A DNA stretch of 64,000 nt from Octopus sinensis (Eukaryota): assembly GCF_006345805.1 (NCBI RefSeq), contig NC_043014.1, forward strand, positions 3,906,001-3,970,000. Reading direction: 5' to 3'. The notes beneath the pieces were generated by a model. It was not told where the DNA came from and did no database searches. It was given only the letters and a program-made list of their open reading frames with translations. Positions 11,915-60,101 of the stretch are shown here, one piece after another (the stretch's first letter is position 1; every line of letters begins with the position of its first letter). The translations under genes were made by a program, and so were the position numbers.

Positions 11915-12422
11915 ACAAATAGACAGACACACACTTAAACACACACTGACGCGCAAACACACACTGAAACACACACACAGAGACACTGGCACACAAACAC
12001 TCGTGCACACTGACATACATACACACACACACACTGACACACACACACACACACTGAACACACACACACACACAGACATACACACACACACAACGACACA
12101 CATACACACGAACACACTTTCATACATACACATACACACACACTGACACACACACACACACTAACATACACACATACTGACACACACACACAGTGACGCA
12201 CACACACTGACACACACACACACACACACTGACACACAAACACACACACACACGCTGACATACACACACAATGACACACACACCTACACACAGACACACA
12301 CATGCAAACAAACCCACACCAACACACGCACACTGATACACACACACACTGACACACACACACACACACACACACTGACATACACACACACACTGACACA
12401 CACACATAAACACACACACACT

Positions 12423-12457
<35 letters not shown>

Positions 12458-12698
12458 ACACACACCACACACACACACACACTGACACACACACACACAC
12501 ACACACACTGACACACACATACACACACACACTGACACACACACACACACACACACTGACACACACACACTGACACACACACACTGACACACACACTCAA
12601 ACATACTGACACACACATACAGTGACGCACACACACTGACACACACACACTGACACTCACACACACATTGACATACACACACTCACTGACACACACAC

Positions 12699-12746
<48 letters not shown>

Positions 12747-13020
12747 ATACACACACACACTGACACACACACACACACACACACACACACTGACACTCAC
12801 ACACACACTGACATACACACATTGACACACACCACATACATGCAAACACAAACACCCACACACACACACTGACACACACACACACACACACATACAAACA
12901 CACAATCACACCCACTGACATACACACACACACACACTAAGACACACACACACTGACACACACACGCACACATACAAACACACGCATACAAACACACACA
13001 CACACACACACACACACAAG
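11915..13020. repeat. Long (CA)n tract with CTGA interruptions upstream of gene 1 (second copy 13740-14705; homologs 29745-30097, 44940-45500, 58585-59175)
   Basis: Directly visible. Confidence 0.9.
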
Positions 13021-13755
13021 GAAAGATGCGGGCACGTACGAGCGACCGCAGTTACTGTTGGGGCACAAGGTTGAAGTCAACTCCTCTAGCGAAGAATTTA
13101 TGAAAGAGAAATACCGAAGGGAGGTAACTCACGACAGACTCCAGCCTGGCGCTCTAATGGCGTCACTTACTCGTTGTTGTTGACTATGTTTAAGTTAAAG
13201 CTATGGCTTTAAGTTTGTCCAGATATTCCCCTCTTCGGTATTTTCTTTTGATATAGGCTGAAGTGAGACCTGATAGGGAGCAGCACTGTTTTTTGCCATT
13301 AGCACATTTTAACGAACCCAAAAATTGCTTATGCCTGATACTGAGCGCTAATACTGTTCACTGGAAACGCCATGTTGAATGTTTCCATATATTCATTTGT
13401 CAATTTGCATTTCGTGCTTTCATATTACTTAATTATTATTCTTTTTCTCTAGCTTTTTCACAATCAAGCATTCTTATGGCACGCAATTAATCGGACAAAA
13501 AACGTGCTGCCACCCACAGATCCCTCTTTCCACGGATACCTTCGTTTATCTGGCAGCCATTCTACAAACTCCCACATACAAGGAGCAATCATGCTGGGTA
13601 GAGTGTGAAAGACTCAACATGTTGCACTGATTCCACCTAATGTATATATTTATTTACTAATGTTGTAATTTAATTTTATTTGTTATTCTTGGGAAACTGT
13701 TTTAATATTCAGTGTGGGAAGTACTTCGTTCAACAGACGAATACACATACACAAA

Positions 13756-13800
<45 letters not shown>

Positions 13801-14655
13801 ACACACACACTGGCACACACAAACACAAGCACACACTGACACAAACTCCAACACACACACCCACACACACAGACAGACACACACACACACAAACACGCAC
13901 ACACACACTCACACACACACACATACACCTGCACACACTTACATATAGACACACACACTGACACACACACACACACTGACATACACACAAACACACTGTC
14001 ACACACACACTGTCACACACACACTGACACACACACATACACACACATTGACACTCACACACAAATACACACGCACACACACTGTCACACACACACACTG
14101 ACGCACACACACACACTGACATACATACACACACACACACACACTGACATACACAGACACACACTGACATACACACTGACACACACACACACACACACAT
14201 ACACGTACACTGACACACATACAAACGCACACACTGAAATACATACACACACACACAGACCCTGACACACATACACACACACACACACTGACATACACAC
14301 AAACTGACACACACATACAATCACACACACTGACACTCAAACACACACAAACACTGACATAAACACACACACACACAAACATTGACACACACACTCACAC
14401 ACACTGACACGTACACATTGAGTCACACACACTGACACACACACACACACTGACACACACACACACTGACACACACACACACACTGACACACACACACAC
14501 ATACACACACACACTGACACTGACACACACATACTGACACTCACACTGACACACACACACACACACACACACACTGACACACACGCTGACACACACACAC
14601 ACACTGACACACACAGAGTGACACACACACACCGACACACACACACTCACTGACA

Positions 14656-14694
<39 letters not shown>

Positions 14695-14789
14695 ACACAC
14701 ACACAGAAGGAAAGATGCGAACCCGTACGACCGACCGCAGTTACTATTGGGGCACAAGGTTGAAGTCAACTCCTCTAGCGAAGTATTTA

Positions 14790-14940
14790 TCAAAGAGAAA
14801 TACCGAAGGGAGGTAACTCACGACAGACTCCAGCCTGGCGCTCTAATGGCGTCACTTACTCGTTGTTGTTGACTATGTTTTAGTTAAAGCTATGGCTTTA
14901 AGTTTGTCCAGATATTCCCCTCTTCGGTATTTTCTCTTGA
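14790..14940. mobile_element. 151-bp MITE-like element with ~24-bp imperfect terminal inverted repeats (second copy 13101-13251)
   Basis: tcaaagagaaataccgaagggagg ... cccctcttcggtattttctcttga, flanked by TTA on both sides in this copy; internal hairpin ttaaagc-tatg-gctttaa. Confidence 0.4.
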
Positions 14941-16041
14941 TTACGGCTGAACTGGAACCCGATAGGGAGCAGCACTGGACTGATATGCTGTTTTAGCAGC
15001 TTTTTGCACAGAATTTGCGTTTAGAGTTTGAAATATGCCATTATCACATTTTAACGAACCTAAAAATTGCTTATGCCTAATACTGAGCGCTAATACTGTT
15101 CACTGGAAACGCCATGTTGAATGTTTCCATATATTCATTTGTCAATTTGCATTTCGTGCTTTCATATTACTTAATTATTATTCTTTTTCTCTAGCTTTTT
15201 CACAATCGAGCATTCTTATGGCACGCAATGAATCGGACAAAAAACGTGCTGCCACCCACAGATCCCTCTTTCCACGGATACCTTCGTTTATCTGGCAGCC
15301 ATTCTACAAACTCCCACATACAAGGAGCAATCATGCTGGGTATAGTGTGAAAGACTCAACATGTTGCACTGATTCCACCTAATGTATATTTTATAAGTCG
15401 TCTTCCTTTCCTTACTAAGTCGTTTATGTGTGTTACAGTTATTGTATGCATGTATCTCGAAGCAAGTTCCTCTTCTGCGAGTTTGATAGTTTTATGTTAC
15501 AGACGGAGATAATTTGTTGAACTCGATGTTTTGTGGTGTTGCTGTAGTTTCGGTTGATGCCGTTCTTGAAGTCTACTCTTATTTCTTGGTGGTTTCACAT
15601 TTTATTTTGGCACATCAGATTTCAGGGAACGATGAGAGGCTGCGTGTGTAATGTGACGCGAGGCTGTGTGTGTGTGATTTTTGTAGAAAAGCTGGAATAT
15701 GTGAATGTAGGTTGAAAATAGTTCTTCGTGGGACGTGTACTTGTACCCTTGTCGAAAGTGTTTCGTGAAAACTTCAATGTGTTAGTAACCTGACAAGTAG
15801 TAAGGTTGTCAACATTTATTAGGTAATATCCGCGATTGGATTGCAGAGCTTTCATCGCATCGATTGTAGTTACAATGATACGTATGGGAGTATTTTTTTT
15901 TATTAACCCATCATGATTTAGTGATGTTAGTTATAAGCTTTTATCGTGTTTTCTGAAGATTGATCATGAAAGGGTGATATATTTTTGGGGATTGTTTTCA
16001 TTTTAAGACGGAATACAACACACATTTAAACGAATCATCAT

Positions 16042-16047
16042 TTTATT
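16042..16047 (-). promoter_or_regulatory. AATAAA polyadenylation signal, gene 2
   Basis: Retained at the homologous position although the gene 2 3'UTR is diverged. Confidence 0.55.
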
Positions 16048-16331
16048 TCAAAATTTAAATTTAATAAACTGAACCTCATACAATGTATTCTAGAATCATT
16101 CTCTGAGGATTACATCGTTCTCTTAAACTATTTGTCACATTCTATGACGTCTCTGTTGTTTCGTTTTGAATATTTTCTGAAAACTTGTAGCAGCAATTTA
16201 TTTAACGACATATATTAGTTGGATAAAATACTGCGAAACACAATTACAAGAAACGTATATGTTGCTTTATTATATTATATTTTATGATTCGCCAACATAA
16301 ATTTTCATGTAAAAACGAATGTAAATTCGAT

Positions 16332-29329
<12,998 letters not shown>

Positions 29330-30679
29330 TCTGGTGACAGTTGTCGGTCGTACCTGATACTTCGTGTGGCTTCAACAAAAGATCGAGATGCGAGGTTTAA
29401 GCTGAAGACCTGTAACTGAATTCCACGTATTTATTGAGCGCACAACAACCCAGCTCTGGCAAAGATCTTATCGTAAATTTATGAACCAATGCGATTGGTG
29501 GAACTGTAAAAGCGGGTGTGAACTTGTCTGACAGGTTTAATTATTGGAAAGAGATGGTTTGATATTGTCACACAATAATTTGCAAAATATTTTGATGAAT
29601 GAGAGACACGTGTAAAGTGAAATGATTCCTGTTTCTGGATATATTATGATATATTTATTTACTAATGTTGTTATTTAATTTTATTTGTTATTCTTGGGAA
29701 ACTGTTTTAATATTCAGTGTGGGAAGTATTTCGTTCAACCAACAAATACACAGACACAAAGACACACACACACATACACACTGACACACAGACACACACA
29801 CACGCACACAAACTAATACACACACACACACTGACATACACACACACCAACACACACACCCACAGACACCAACACACACTGACACACACACTGACACACA
29901 CACACAGATACAATTTCTTACACACACACGCACACACACTAGCACACACACACACACGCACACACACTAGCACACACACACACACACTGACACACACGCA
30001 CACACACTCCCACACGCACACATACACTCACACACATACACACACACACAAACACACACACACACACACACACACCACACACACACACACTCACACACTG
30101 TTTTAATATTCAGTGTGGGAAGTATTTCGTTCAACCCACACAGTAATCGCAAGACTTAATCTAATGAAGTCCGCTGTTCGGATTGGATTCTTCACAACAA
30201 GCGTTAATCTGATTAGAAAAGTTTTATGTAAATATCAAAATCAAAACCTACCAATTCCCACCCACACATACATTCATACATACATGCATACATACATATA
30301 TACATACACACATACATACATACATATATACATACATACATACCCCCATACATAAATATATACTTACATACACACACATATATATACATACATACACACA
30401 TACATACACACATACATACATACAAACATACATATATACACACACATACATACATACATACATACATACATACTTTCATACATACATACATGTATGCATA
30501 TATTTATACATACAAGTATGTATGTATACATGTATACATGCATGTATGTTTGAATGTAAGCATGTATATATCGATAGACACATATACACATACATACATA
30601 TATACATACATACATACATCCATACATACATACATGCATACATACTTACATCCATCCATCCATCCATACATACATACTT

Positions 30680-31232
30680 GGTGGCTGCCCCCTCGTTATC
30701 GAGTATGGGCATTGCACGAAGCTTAATCAATATTATTATCGTGCAATGGCTGTGCATGAAGATTTTTTTTTGTAGTGAGAAAAGGCTGTGCACTGTGTCA
30801 ATCCCAGTCACTAAGCAACAGCAGCCATATTCCGAAAAGAAGAACAAGTCAACATCATCGGTAACCACTGAGCCGCAGGTTTTATATCGGAGTTATCCCA
30901 GTTACCTGAGTTAACTTCTCCAAAAGGATGCCCTAGCAAAGTCTAGGAGTCCTTCACTCCCAATGGTTTAACCGCGCGATCGGTTATTCAGTCCGATTAT
31001 TTCTATGTCCCCGCGCATGATACAGTCTTAAGACATATATTCGATGGCCGTTGACTCTCAAGAGTTCCTCCGCTCTTTGACGGGTTTTGTTTTTCATCCC
31101 GCAGGGTGTCTAATAAACTCCCTCCTCACCAAGCAAGCTTGGTGGGGTTGCCGGTTTAGTCGCCGACGACCCGACAATGCAACAGGTTGTACTGGGTTAC
31201 ATGTTTACCAGTAGCACTCGAAAGTGACCTGA
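30680..31232 (-). mobile_element. Interspersed repeat block upstream of gene 2, possibly the 5' part of an RTE-type LINE (copies 46105-46655, 59420-59975, 60378-60935)
   Basis: Complex non-coding block repeated four times between TACA microsatellites; family assignment is from recollection only. Confidence 0.35.
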
Positions 31233-31542
31233 CATACATACATACATACTTACATGCATACATACATACATGCATACATTCATGCATGCATACATATATA
31301 CATACATACATGCATGCATACATACATGCATCCATGCATGCATACATACATACATACATACATACATGCATACATACATACATACTTACATACATACATA
31401 CATACATACATGCATACATACATACATACATTCATACATACATGCATACATACATACATACATACATACACACATACATACATACATGCATACATTCATA
31501 CATACATACATGCATACATGCATACCTACATACATACATATA

Positions 31543-31576
<34 letters not shown>

Positions 31577-31605
31577 CATACATGCATACATGCATACATA
31601 CATAC
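31232..31605. repeat. (TACA)n microsatellite (homologs 46655-47510, 59975-60375, 60935-61140)
   Basis: Directly visible; length varies strongly between units. Confidence 0.9.
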
Positions 31606-31960
31606 AAAAATATCCTGTTCATGTTGTTAAAATTCCAATGAAAGATACTTGGAACTAAGTTAGAAGCCGTCTCTCTTTCTGTTGGCCAGAAATATTCTAT
31701 TAAAACCGAATAATGACATTCATACATATTTTTAGCTAGTCATTATCACTAGCTTTGAATACTTTTCTTCTTGTTTTATAAATCATAGCAAAACATACAG
31801 GTACAGTGTCTCCCATTCGAAACTCAATTCGCAAGTGCACCTTCAGTATGGACTGCATATGTACGGCGGAATTCCATAGTTATGATAAAATATTCTTAGA
31901 TGAAGCATATTAGACCCCTCAGATATAGTTTGACCAAATTTAATATATATATATATATAT

Positions 31961-32034
<74 letters not shown>

Positions 32035-33239
32035 CACCCTCGGTTTGGCCCTCGAAATAAGGTTAATTTAAATATAAGCTACAAAATAAATCTTACAGCC
32101 ATGTCAGATTTCAACAAAGTCCCATAATTTTTCCTATTGTAATGGCGGGTTGCATATGCAGCTGCGCATGCTCTGTACAGCTTAAACACCTGGCGGTCGT
32201 TTTAACTGTCTAATTATGCCGCTGAATCAAAAGATGAATTTGAAGATCTACCAGCGTCCGTATTCTCTGCAATTGTTTACGATTTACAACCAGGAAAATA
32301 TTTGTAATCTAGAGAAGCGAATGCAGATTTACCCATCAGACTAATAATAGTGGGATAGTAAACATTAATAATCTTTACTCTTTATTGCAGCTTGATGCTG
32401 TTAACCGAAACCTTCGTTTCTCTAACAAATATTCGACACACTCCAACAGACAATCATGAATCCTATTGGATATAACGTGACGGTCACAACATCTCAGCCT
32501 TCTTACGCACAGCATCCGTGCTTGCCCTGACTATATTTGCTCTCTTTACTCTCACTTTTATGTGTGTTGTATTCGTTTCGCATGAAATGTATTCAGCTTC
32601 TAGGATCCATCCTTTCTTCGAGTCTGGTATGTTTACGTAGATGAGTGAAAGAAATCGTCGTATTTGATGATCTCTGTCGCTGAAATGAGGCAATTTCTCT
32701 GGTTGATTTCATTTCTTATTCTTGTATATCAGCATTTAGTGTATGATGTGTATGTGTTCTTCGAGTTTCATTTTGTATCTTATCTTGAAGAGAGGTGGGA
32801 ATTTTGTGATATAGATTTAGGTTGGCAGGACCAATACTCATTTATACTGTCTTTTGAGGGATTGATCGTGTAAATTCCACAGTCTCAGAAAGCTTAAATT
32901 GAACATTTTGTGATATTTCTAAAGTAGACGATAAATAGGTTTTATAAGGTATGGGGTAGGAAAGGAACAGAAAGCTTTCCTGATTAATAACGGCAAATAG
33001 AATGGATTGTGTGGAAGTAATTGGTTGTTGTTTTTGAAGCGATCATGTGTTTTCTGAGTTAAATAATGTGGTGGTTCTTTGCCATTGTCAGATTCCGAGT
33101 TGTAATTTCAAAAGCAAGATGTCTGAGATAGTAGCGTCGAGTATTAGATGAAAAGCTGATATAATTCTATGGTGGTACTTTATTTGGGGTTTGTTGAATC
33201 ATGAGACAGAAGACAAAATACTGTTAAACAAAATATCAT

Positions 33240-33245
33240 TTTATT
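33240..33245 (-). promoter_or_regulatory. AATAAA polyadenylation signal, gene 3
   Basis: Homologous position to gene 1. Confidence 0.55.
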
Positions 33246-33513
33246 TCAACGATAAGTTTGATAAACTGAAATCTTACAAAATGTTTTCTAGAATAATTCG
33301 CCAGATTTATATTTTTCTTGATTTTGAGGATATATCTGGCATTCTACGTCGCCTCTTTTGTATTGTTTGAATATCTTCTGTAAACTAGTACAACAGTTTA
33401 TTGTAACGATAGACATAATTTGAAGAAAATATTAGGTAACACAATTGAAAATTTTATGTTATTTATTGAAATTCACAGACATATTTTCATATGGAACCGA
33501 ATTTAATTTCTGT

Positions 33514-44525
<11,012 letters not shown>

Positions 44526-47500
44526 TCTGGTGACAGTTGTCGGTCGTACGTGAATACTTCGTGTGGCTTCAACAAAAGATCGAGATGCGAGGTTTAAGCT
44601 GAAGACCTGTAACTGAATTCCACGTATTTTTGAGCGCACAACAACCCAGCTCTGGCATAGATCTTATCGTAATTAATTTATGAACCAATGCGATGGTGGA
44701 ACTGTAAAAGCGGGTGTGAAATTGTCTGACAGGTTTAATTATTGGAAAGAGATGGTTTGATATTGTCCACACATAATTAGCAAAATATTTTGATGAATGA
44801 GAGACACGTGTAAAGTGAAATGATTCCTATTTCTGGATATATTATATATATTTATTTACTAATGTTTTATTTAATTTTATTTGTATCTTGGGAAACTGTT
44901 TTAATATTCATGTGGGAAATATTTCGTTCAACAGACGAATACACAGACGCACGCGCATACACACACACACCACACACACACACACTGACATACACACACT
45001 GACACAAACACGACCACACCACAAACCCACACACACTGACACCAACACACACACGCCACACACACTAACACACACACACTGACATACCCACACAACCAAC
45101 ACACAAAACCACACAGACACCAACACACACTGACACACACACACAGATACATTGTCTTAACACACACACACACACACACACACTCACGCACACACATACA
45201 CATTGACACACACAAGACTGACACAGACACACACACTGACCACACACACACACGCTGACACACACCGCACACACACTGACACACCACACATACACGGAAC
45301 CACACACAACACACATTGACACACAACACACACACATTGACACACACACACACTCCCACACCACACATACTCTGACACACACACGCACACACACTCCCCA
45401 CACGCACACATACACTCACACACACACACCACACACAAACACACACACACACACCACACACATACACTCACACTCACACCACACACACACATCACACACT
45501 GTTTAATATTCAGCGTGGGAAGTATTTCGTTCAAACCCACCAGTAATCGCAAGACTTAATCTAATGAAGTCCGCTGTTCGGATGGATTCTTCACAACAAG
45601 CGTTAATCGGATTAGAAAAGTTTTATGTGAATATCAAAATCAAAACCTACCAATTCCCACCCACCCATACATACATACAAACATGCATACATACATACAC
45701 ACACACATACATACATACACACACACATACATACATACACACATACATACATACATGCATACATACACACTCGCGTATATACATACATATATACATACAT
45801 ACATACCCCCATACATATATACTTACATACACACACATATATACATATATATACATACTACACATACATACATGCACACATACATACTACAAACATACAT
45901 ACATACTTTCATACATACATACATATATGTATGCATATATTTATACATATATGTATGTATACATGTATACATGCATGTATGTTTGAATGTAAGCGTGTAT
46001 ATATCGATAGACCATATACACATACATATATATATTACATACATCCATACATACATGCATATATACTTACAATCCATCCATCCATCCATACATACATACA
46101 TATATGGTGGCTGCCCCTCGTTATCGAGTATGGCCATTGCTCGGTGCTTAATCAATATTATTATCGTGCAATGCCTGTGCATGAAGATTTTTTTTAAAGC
46201 GAGGAAAGGCTGTGCGCTGAGTCAATCCCAGCCACTAAGCAACAGCAGCCATAATCCGAAAAGAAGAACAAGTCAACATCATCGGTAACCACTGAGCCGC
46301 AGGTTTTATATCGGAGTTATCCCGGTTACCTGAGTTACCTTCTAGAAGGATGCCCTAACAAAGTCTAGGAGTCCTTCACTCCCAATGGTTTAACCGCGCG
46401 ATCGGATATTCAGTCCGATTATTTCTATGTCCCCGCGAATGATACAGCCTTAAGACGGTTATTGGATGGCCGTTGACTCTCAAGAGTTCCTCCGTCCTTT
46501 GACGGTTTTGTTTTTCATCCCGCAGGGTGTCCAATAAACTCGCTCATCACCAAGCAAGCTTCGTGGGGTTGCCGGCTTAGTCGCCGACGACCCGACAATG
46601 CAACAGGTTGTACTGGGTTACATGTCACCAGTAGCACTCGAAAGTGACCTGACATACATACATACATGCATACATACCTACATATATACATACATACATA
46701 CATACATACATACATGCATACATACATACATACATATACATACATACATACATACAAACATACATACATGCATACATACATACATACACACGTACATACA
46801 TACATACATACATACATACATACATACATACATGCATACATACATGCATACATGCATACATACATGCATACATGCATACATGCATACATACATACATGCA
46901 TACATACATACAAGCATACATTCATGCATGCATACATAATACATACATACATACACGCATACATGCATACATACATACATACATACATGCATGCATACAT
47001 ACATACATACATACATACATGCATACATGCATACATACATACATTCATGCATATATACATACATACATGCATGCATACATACATACATACTTACATACAT
47101 ACATGCATACATACATACATACATACATACATACACACATACATACATACATACATTCATACATACATACATACATACATACATACATACATACATACAT
47201 TCATGCATATATACATACATACATGCATACATACATACATGCATACATACATACATACATGCATACCTACTTACATACATGCATACATACATACATACAT
47301 ACATACATTCATGCATACATACATACATACATACATACATACATACATACATACATGCATACATACATACATACATACATACACACATACATACATACAT
47401 ACATACATTCATGCATACATACATACATACATACATACATACATACATACATACATACATACATACATGCATACATACATACATACATACATACATACAG

Positions 47501-49184
47501 ACATACATACAAAAATATCCTGTTCATGTTGTTGAAATTCCAATGAAAGATACTCGGAACTCAGTTAGAAGCCGTCTCTATTTCTGTTGACCAGAAATAT
47601 TCTATTAAAACCGAATAATGACATTCATACATATTTTTAGCTCGTAATTATCACTAGCTTTGAATACTTTTCTTCTTGTTTTATAAATCCTAGCAAAACA
47701 TCCAGGTACAGTGTCTCCCATTTGAAACTCAATTCGCAAGTGCACCTCCCGTATGTACTGCATATGTACGACGGAATTCCATTGTTATGATTAAATTTTC
47801 TCAGAGGAAGCATATTAGACCCCTCAGATATAGTTTGACCTAATTTAATATATTTGTATATATATGTGTATGTATGTGTGTGTGTGCGTGTGTGTGTGTG
47901 TATGTGTGTGTGTGCGTGCGTGTGTATTTGTGTGTGTGTGTGTGTATTTGTGTGTGTGTTTGTGTGTTTGTTTGTGTGTGTGTCTGTGTGTGTGTGTGTG
48001 TAACACTCTCTGTTTGGCCCTCGAAATAAGGTTAATTTCAACAAAGTCCCATAATTTTTCCTATTGTAATGGCGGGTTGCATATGCAGCTGCGCATGCTC
48101 TGTACAGCTTAAACATATGGCGGTCGTTTTAACTGTCTAATTATGCCGCTGAATCAAAAGATGAATTTGAAGATCTACCGGCGTCCGTATTCTCTGCAAT
48201 TGTTTACGATTTACAACCAGGAAAATATTTGTAATCTGGAGAAGCGAATGCAGATTTACCCATTAGACTAATAATACTGGGATAGTAAACATTAATAATC
48301 TTTAATCTTTATTGCAGCTTGATGCTGTTAACCGAAACCTTCGTTTATCTAACAAATATTCGACACACTCCAACATACTCTCATGAATCCTATTGGATAT
48401 AACGTGACGGTCACAACATCTCAGCCTTCTTACACACAGCATCCGTGCTTGCCCTGACTATATTTGCTCTCTTTACTCTCACTTTTATGTGTGTTGTATT
48501 CGTTTCGCATGAAATGTATTCAGCTTCTAGGATCCATCATTTCTTCGGTTCTGGTATGTTTACGTAGATGAGTGAAAGAAATCGTCGCATTTGATGTTCT
48601 CTGCTGTCGAAATGAGGCAATTTTTCTGGTTGATTTCCTTTCTTGTTCTTGTATATCAGCGTTTAGTGTATGACGTGTATGTTGTGGGCATCGAGTTTCA
48701 TTTTGTATCTTATCTTGAAGAGAGGTGGGAATTTTGTGATATAGATTTAGGTTGGCAGGACCAATACTTATTTCGACTGTCTTTTGAGGGATTGATCGTG
48801 TAAATTCCACATTCTCAGAAAGCTTAATTTGAACATTTTGTGATATTTCTAAAGTTGACGATAAATAGGTTTTATAAGATATGGGGTAGGAATGGATCGG
48901 AAAGCTTTCCTGATTAATAACGGCAAATAGAATGGATTGTGTGGAAGTATCTGGTTGTTGTTGAAAGAATCAGTTAAGTTCTGTGCTATGTAATGTAGCG
49001 GTTCATGGCTCCTTGTCAGAATCCGTGTTGTAATTTGAAAACCAAGATGTCTGAGATAGTAGCGTCGAGTATTAGATTTTCTAAGGCTGTGCATGAAAAG
49101 CTGATATAATTCTATGGTGGTACTTTATTTGGGGTTTGTTGAATCATGAGACAGAAGACAAAATACTGTTAAACAAAATAACAT

Positions 49185-49190
49185 TTTATT
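49185..49190 (-). promoter_or_regulatory. AATAAA polyadenylation signal, gene 4
   Basis: Homologous position, retained downstream of the deletion. Confidence 0.5.
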
Positions 49191-49218
49191 TCAACGATAA
49201 GTTTGATAAACTGAAATC

Positions 49219-58166
<8,948 letters not shown>

Positions 58167-59096
58167 TCTGGTGACAGTTGTCGGTCGTACGTGATACTTC
58201 GTGTGGCTTCAACAAAGATCGAGATGCGAGGTTTAAGCTGAAGACCTGTAACTGAATTCCACGTATTTATTGAGCGCACAACAACCCAGCTCTGGCAGAG
58301 ATCTTATCGTAAATTTATGAACCAATGCGATTGGTGGAACTGTAAAAGTGGGCGTGAACTTGTCTGACAGGTTTAATTATTGGAAAGAGATGGTTTGATA
58401 TTGTCACACAATAATTAGCAAAATATTTTGATGAATGAGAGACACGTGTAAAGTGAAATGATTCCTGTTTCTGGATATATTATGATATATTTATTTACTA
58501 ATGTTGTTATTTAATTTTATTTGTTATTCTTGGGAAACTGTTTTAATATTTAGTGTGGGAAATATTTCGTTCAATCAACAATTACACAGACACAAAGACA
58601 CACACACACACACACACACACACTGACACACATACACACACTGAAACACACACACACTGACATACACACACAGTAACAAACAGACACACACACACTGACA
58701 CACACACACTGACACACACACTAACACACACACACACACTGACACACACAGGCGTAAACACTGGAAAACACACACACACACACACAGTGATACATACACA
58801 CATTCACAAACTGACACACACACACACACATTGACATTCACACAGACTGACACACACACATAAACTGACATACACACACACACAAACGCACACACACTGG
58901 CACAACACTCACTCACACACAGACACACACACGCAAACACACACACACACACCGACACACACAGTGACACATACACACAGACACACACTTAGACACACAT
59001 ACACACACACTAACACACACACACACGCACACACACTGACACACACACACACACACATTGACATACACACACACTGACACACACACACACAGACTG

Positions 59097-59129
<33 letters not shown>

Positions 59130-59419
59130 AACTGACACACACACTCAAACACACGCATACACACACACTCACACACTGTTTTAATATTCAGAGTGGGAAG
59201 TATTTCGTTCAACCCACACAGTAATCGCAAGTCTTAATCTAATGAAGTCCGCTGTTCGGATTGGATTCTTCACAACAAGCGTTAATCGGATTAGAAAAGT
59301 TTTATGTGAATATCAAAATCAAAACCTTCCAATTCCCACCCACCCATACATACATACATACACACATACTTACATCCATCCATCCATCCATCCATACATA
59401 CATACATACATACATACAT

Positions 59420-60070
59420 ACTTGGTGGCTGCCCCCTCGTTATCGAGTAGGGCCATTGCACGAAGCTTAATCAATGTTGTTATCGTGCTATGCCTCTGCA
59501 TGAAGTTTTTTTTTAAAGCGAGGAAAGGCTGTGCACTGAGTCAATCCCACTCACAAGCAACACCAGCAATAATCCGAAAAAAAAAACAAGTCAACATCAT
59601 CGGTAACCACTGAGCCGCAGGTTTTATATCGGAGTTATCCCGGTTACCTGAGTTACCTTCTCCTAGAAGGATGCCCTAACAAAGTCTAGGAGTCCTTCAC
59701 TCCCAATGGTTTAACCGCGCGATCGGGTATTCAGTCCGATTATTTCTATGTACCCGCGCATGATACAGCCTTAAGGCATTTATTGGATGGCCGTTGACTC
59801 TCAAGAGTTCTACCGCCCTTTGACGGGTTTTGTTTTTCATACCGCAGGGTGACCAAGAAACTCCCTCCTCACCAAACAAGTTTGGTGGGGTTGCCGGTTT
59901 AGTCGCCGACGACCCGGCAATGCAACAGGTTGTACTGGGTTACATGTTACCAGTAGCACTCGAAAGTGACCTGAACTACATACATGCATACATACATACA
60001 TATATACGTACATACATATATACATACATACATACATGCATACATACATACATACATACATACATACATG

Positions 60071-60101
<31 letters not shown>

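Larger units (their letters stand above)
11823..15390. repeat. Local direct duplication of a ~1.8-kb unit (11823-13642 / 13643-15390)
   Basis: Unique segments repeat: 13021-13640 vs 14708-15385, and tttactaatgttg..cgttcaac at 11831 and 13653. Confidence 0.85.

Noticed and set aside
11864-14704. Long ORFs of CV/HT/YI repeats (also 30213-31727, 45564-47590, 58575-61262)
   Set aside because: Translations of (CA)n, (TACA)n and (AT)n microsatellites, open in several frames at once; not coding.
30680-31232. Possible HDV-like ribozyme at the 5' end of the RTE-like block
   Set aside because: I could not build the nested double pseudoknot by eye; it needs a descriptor or covariance-model search.
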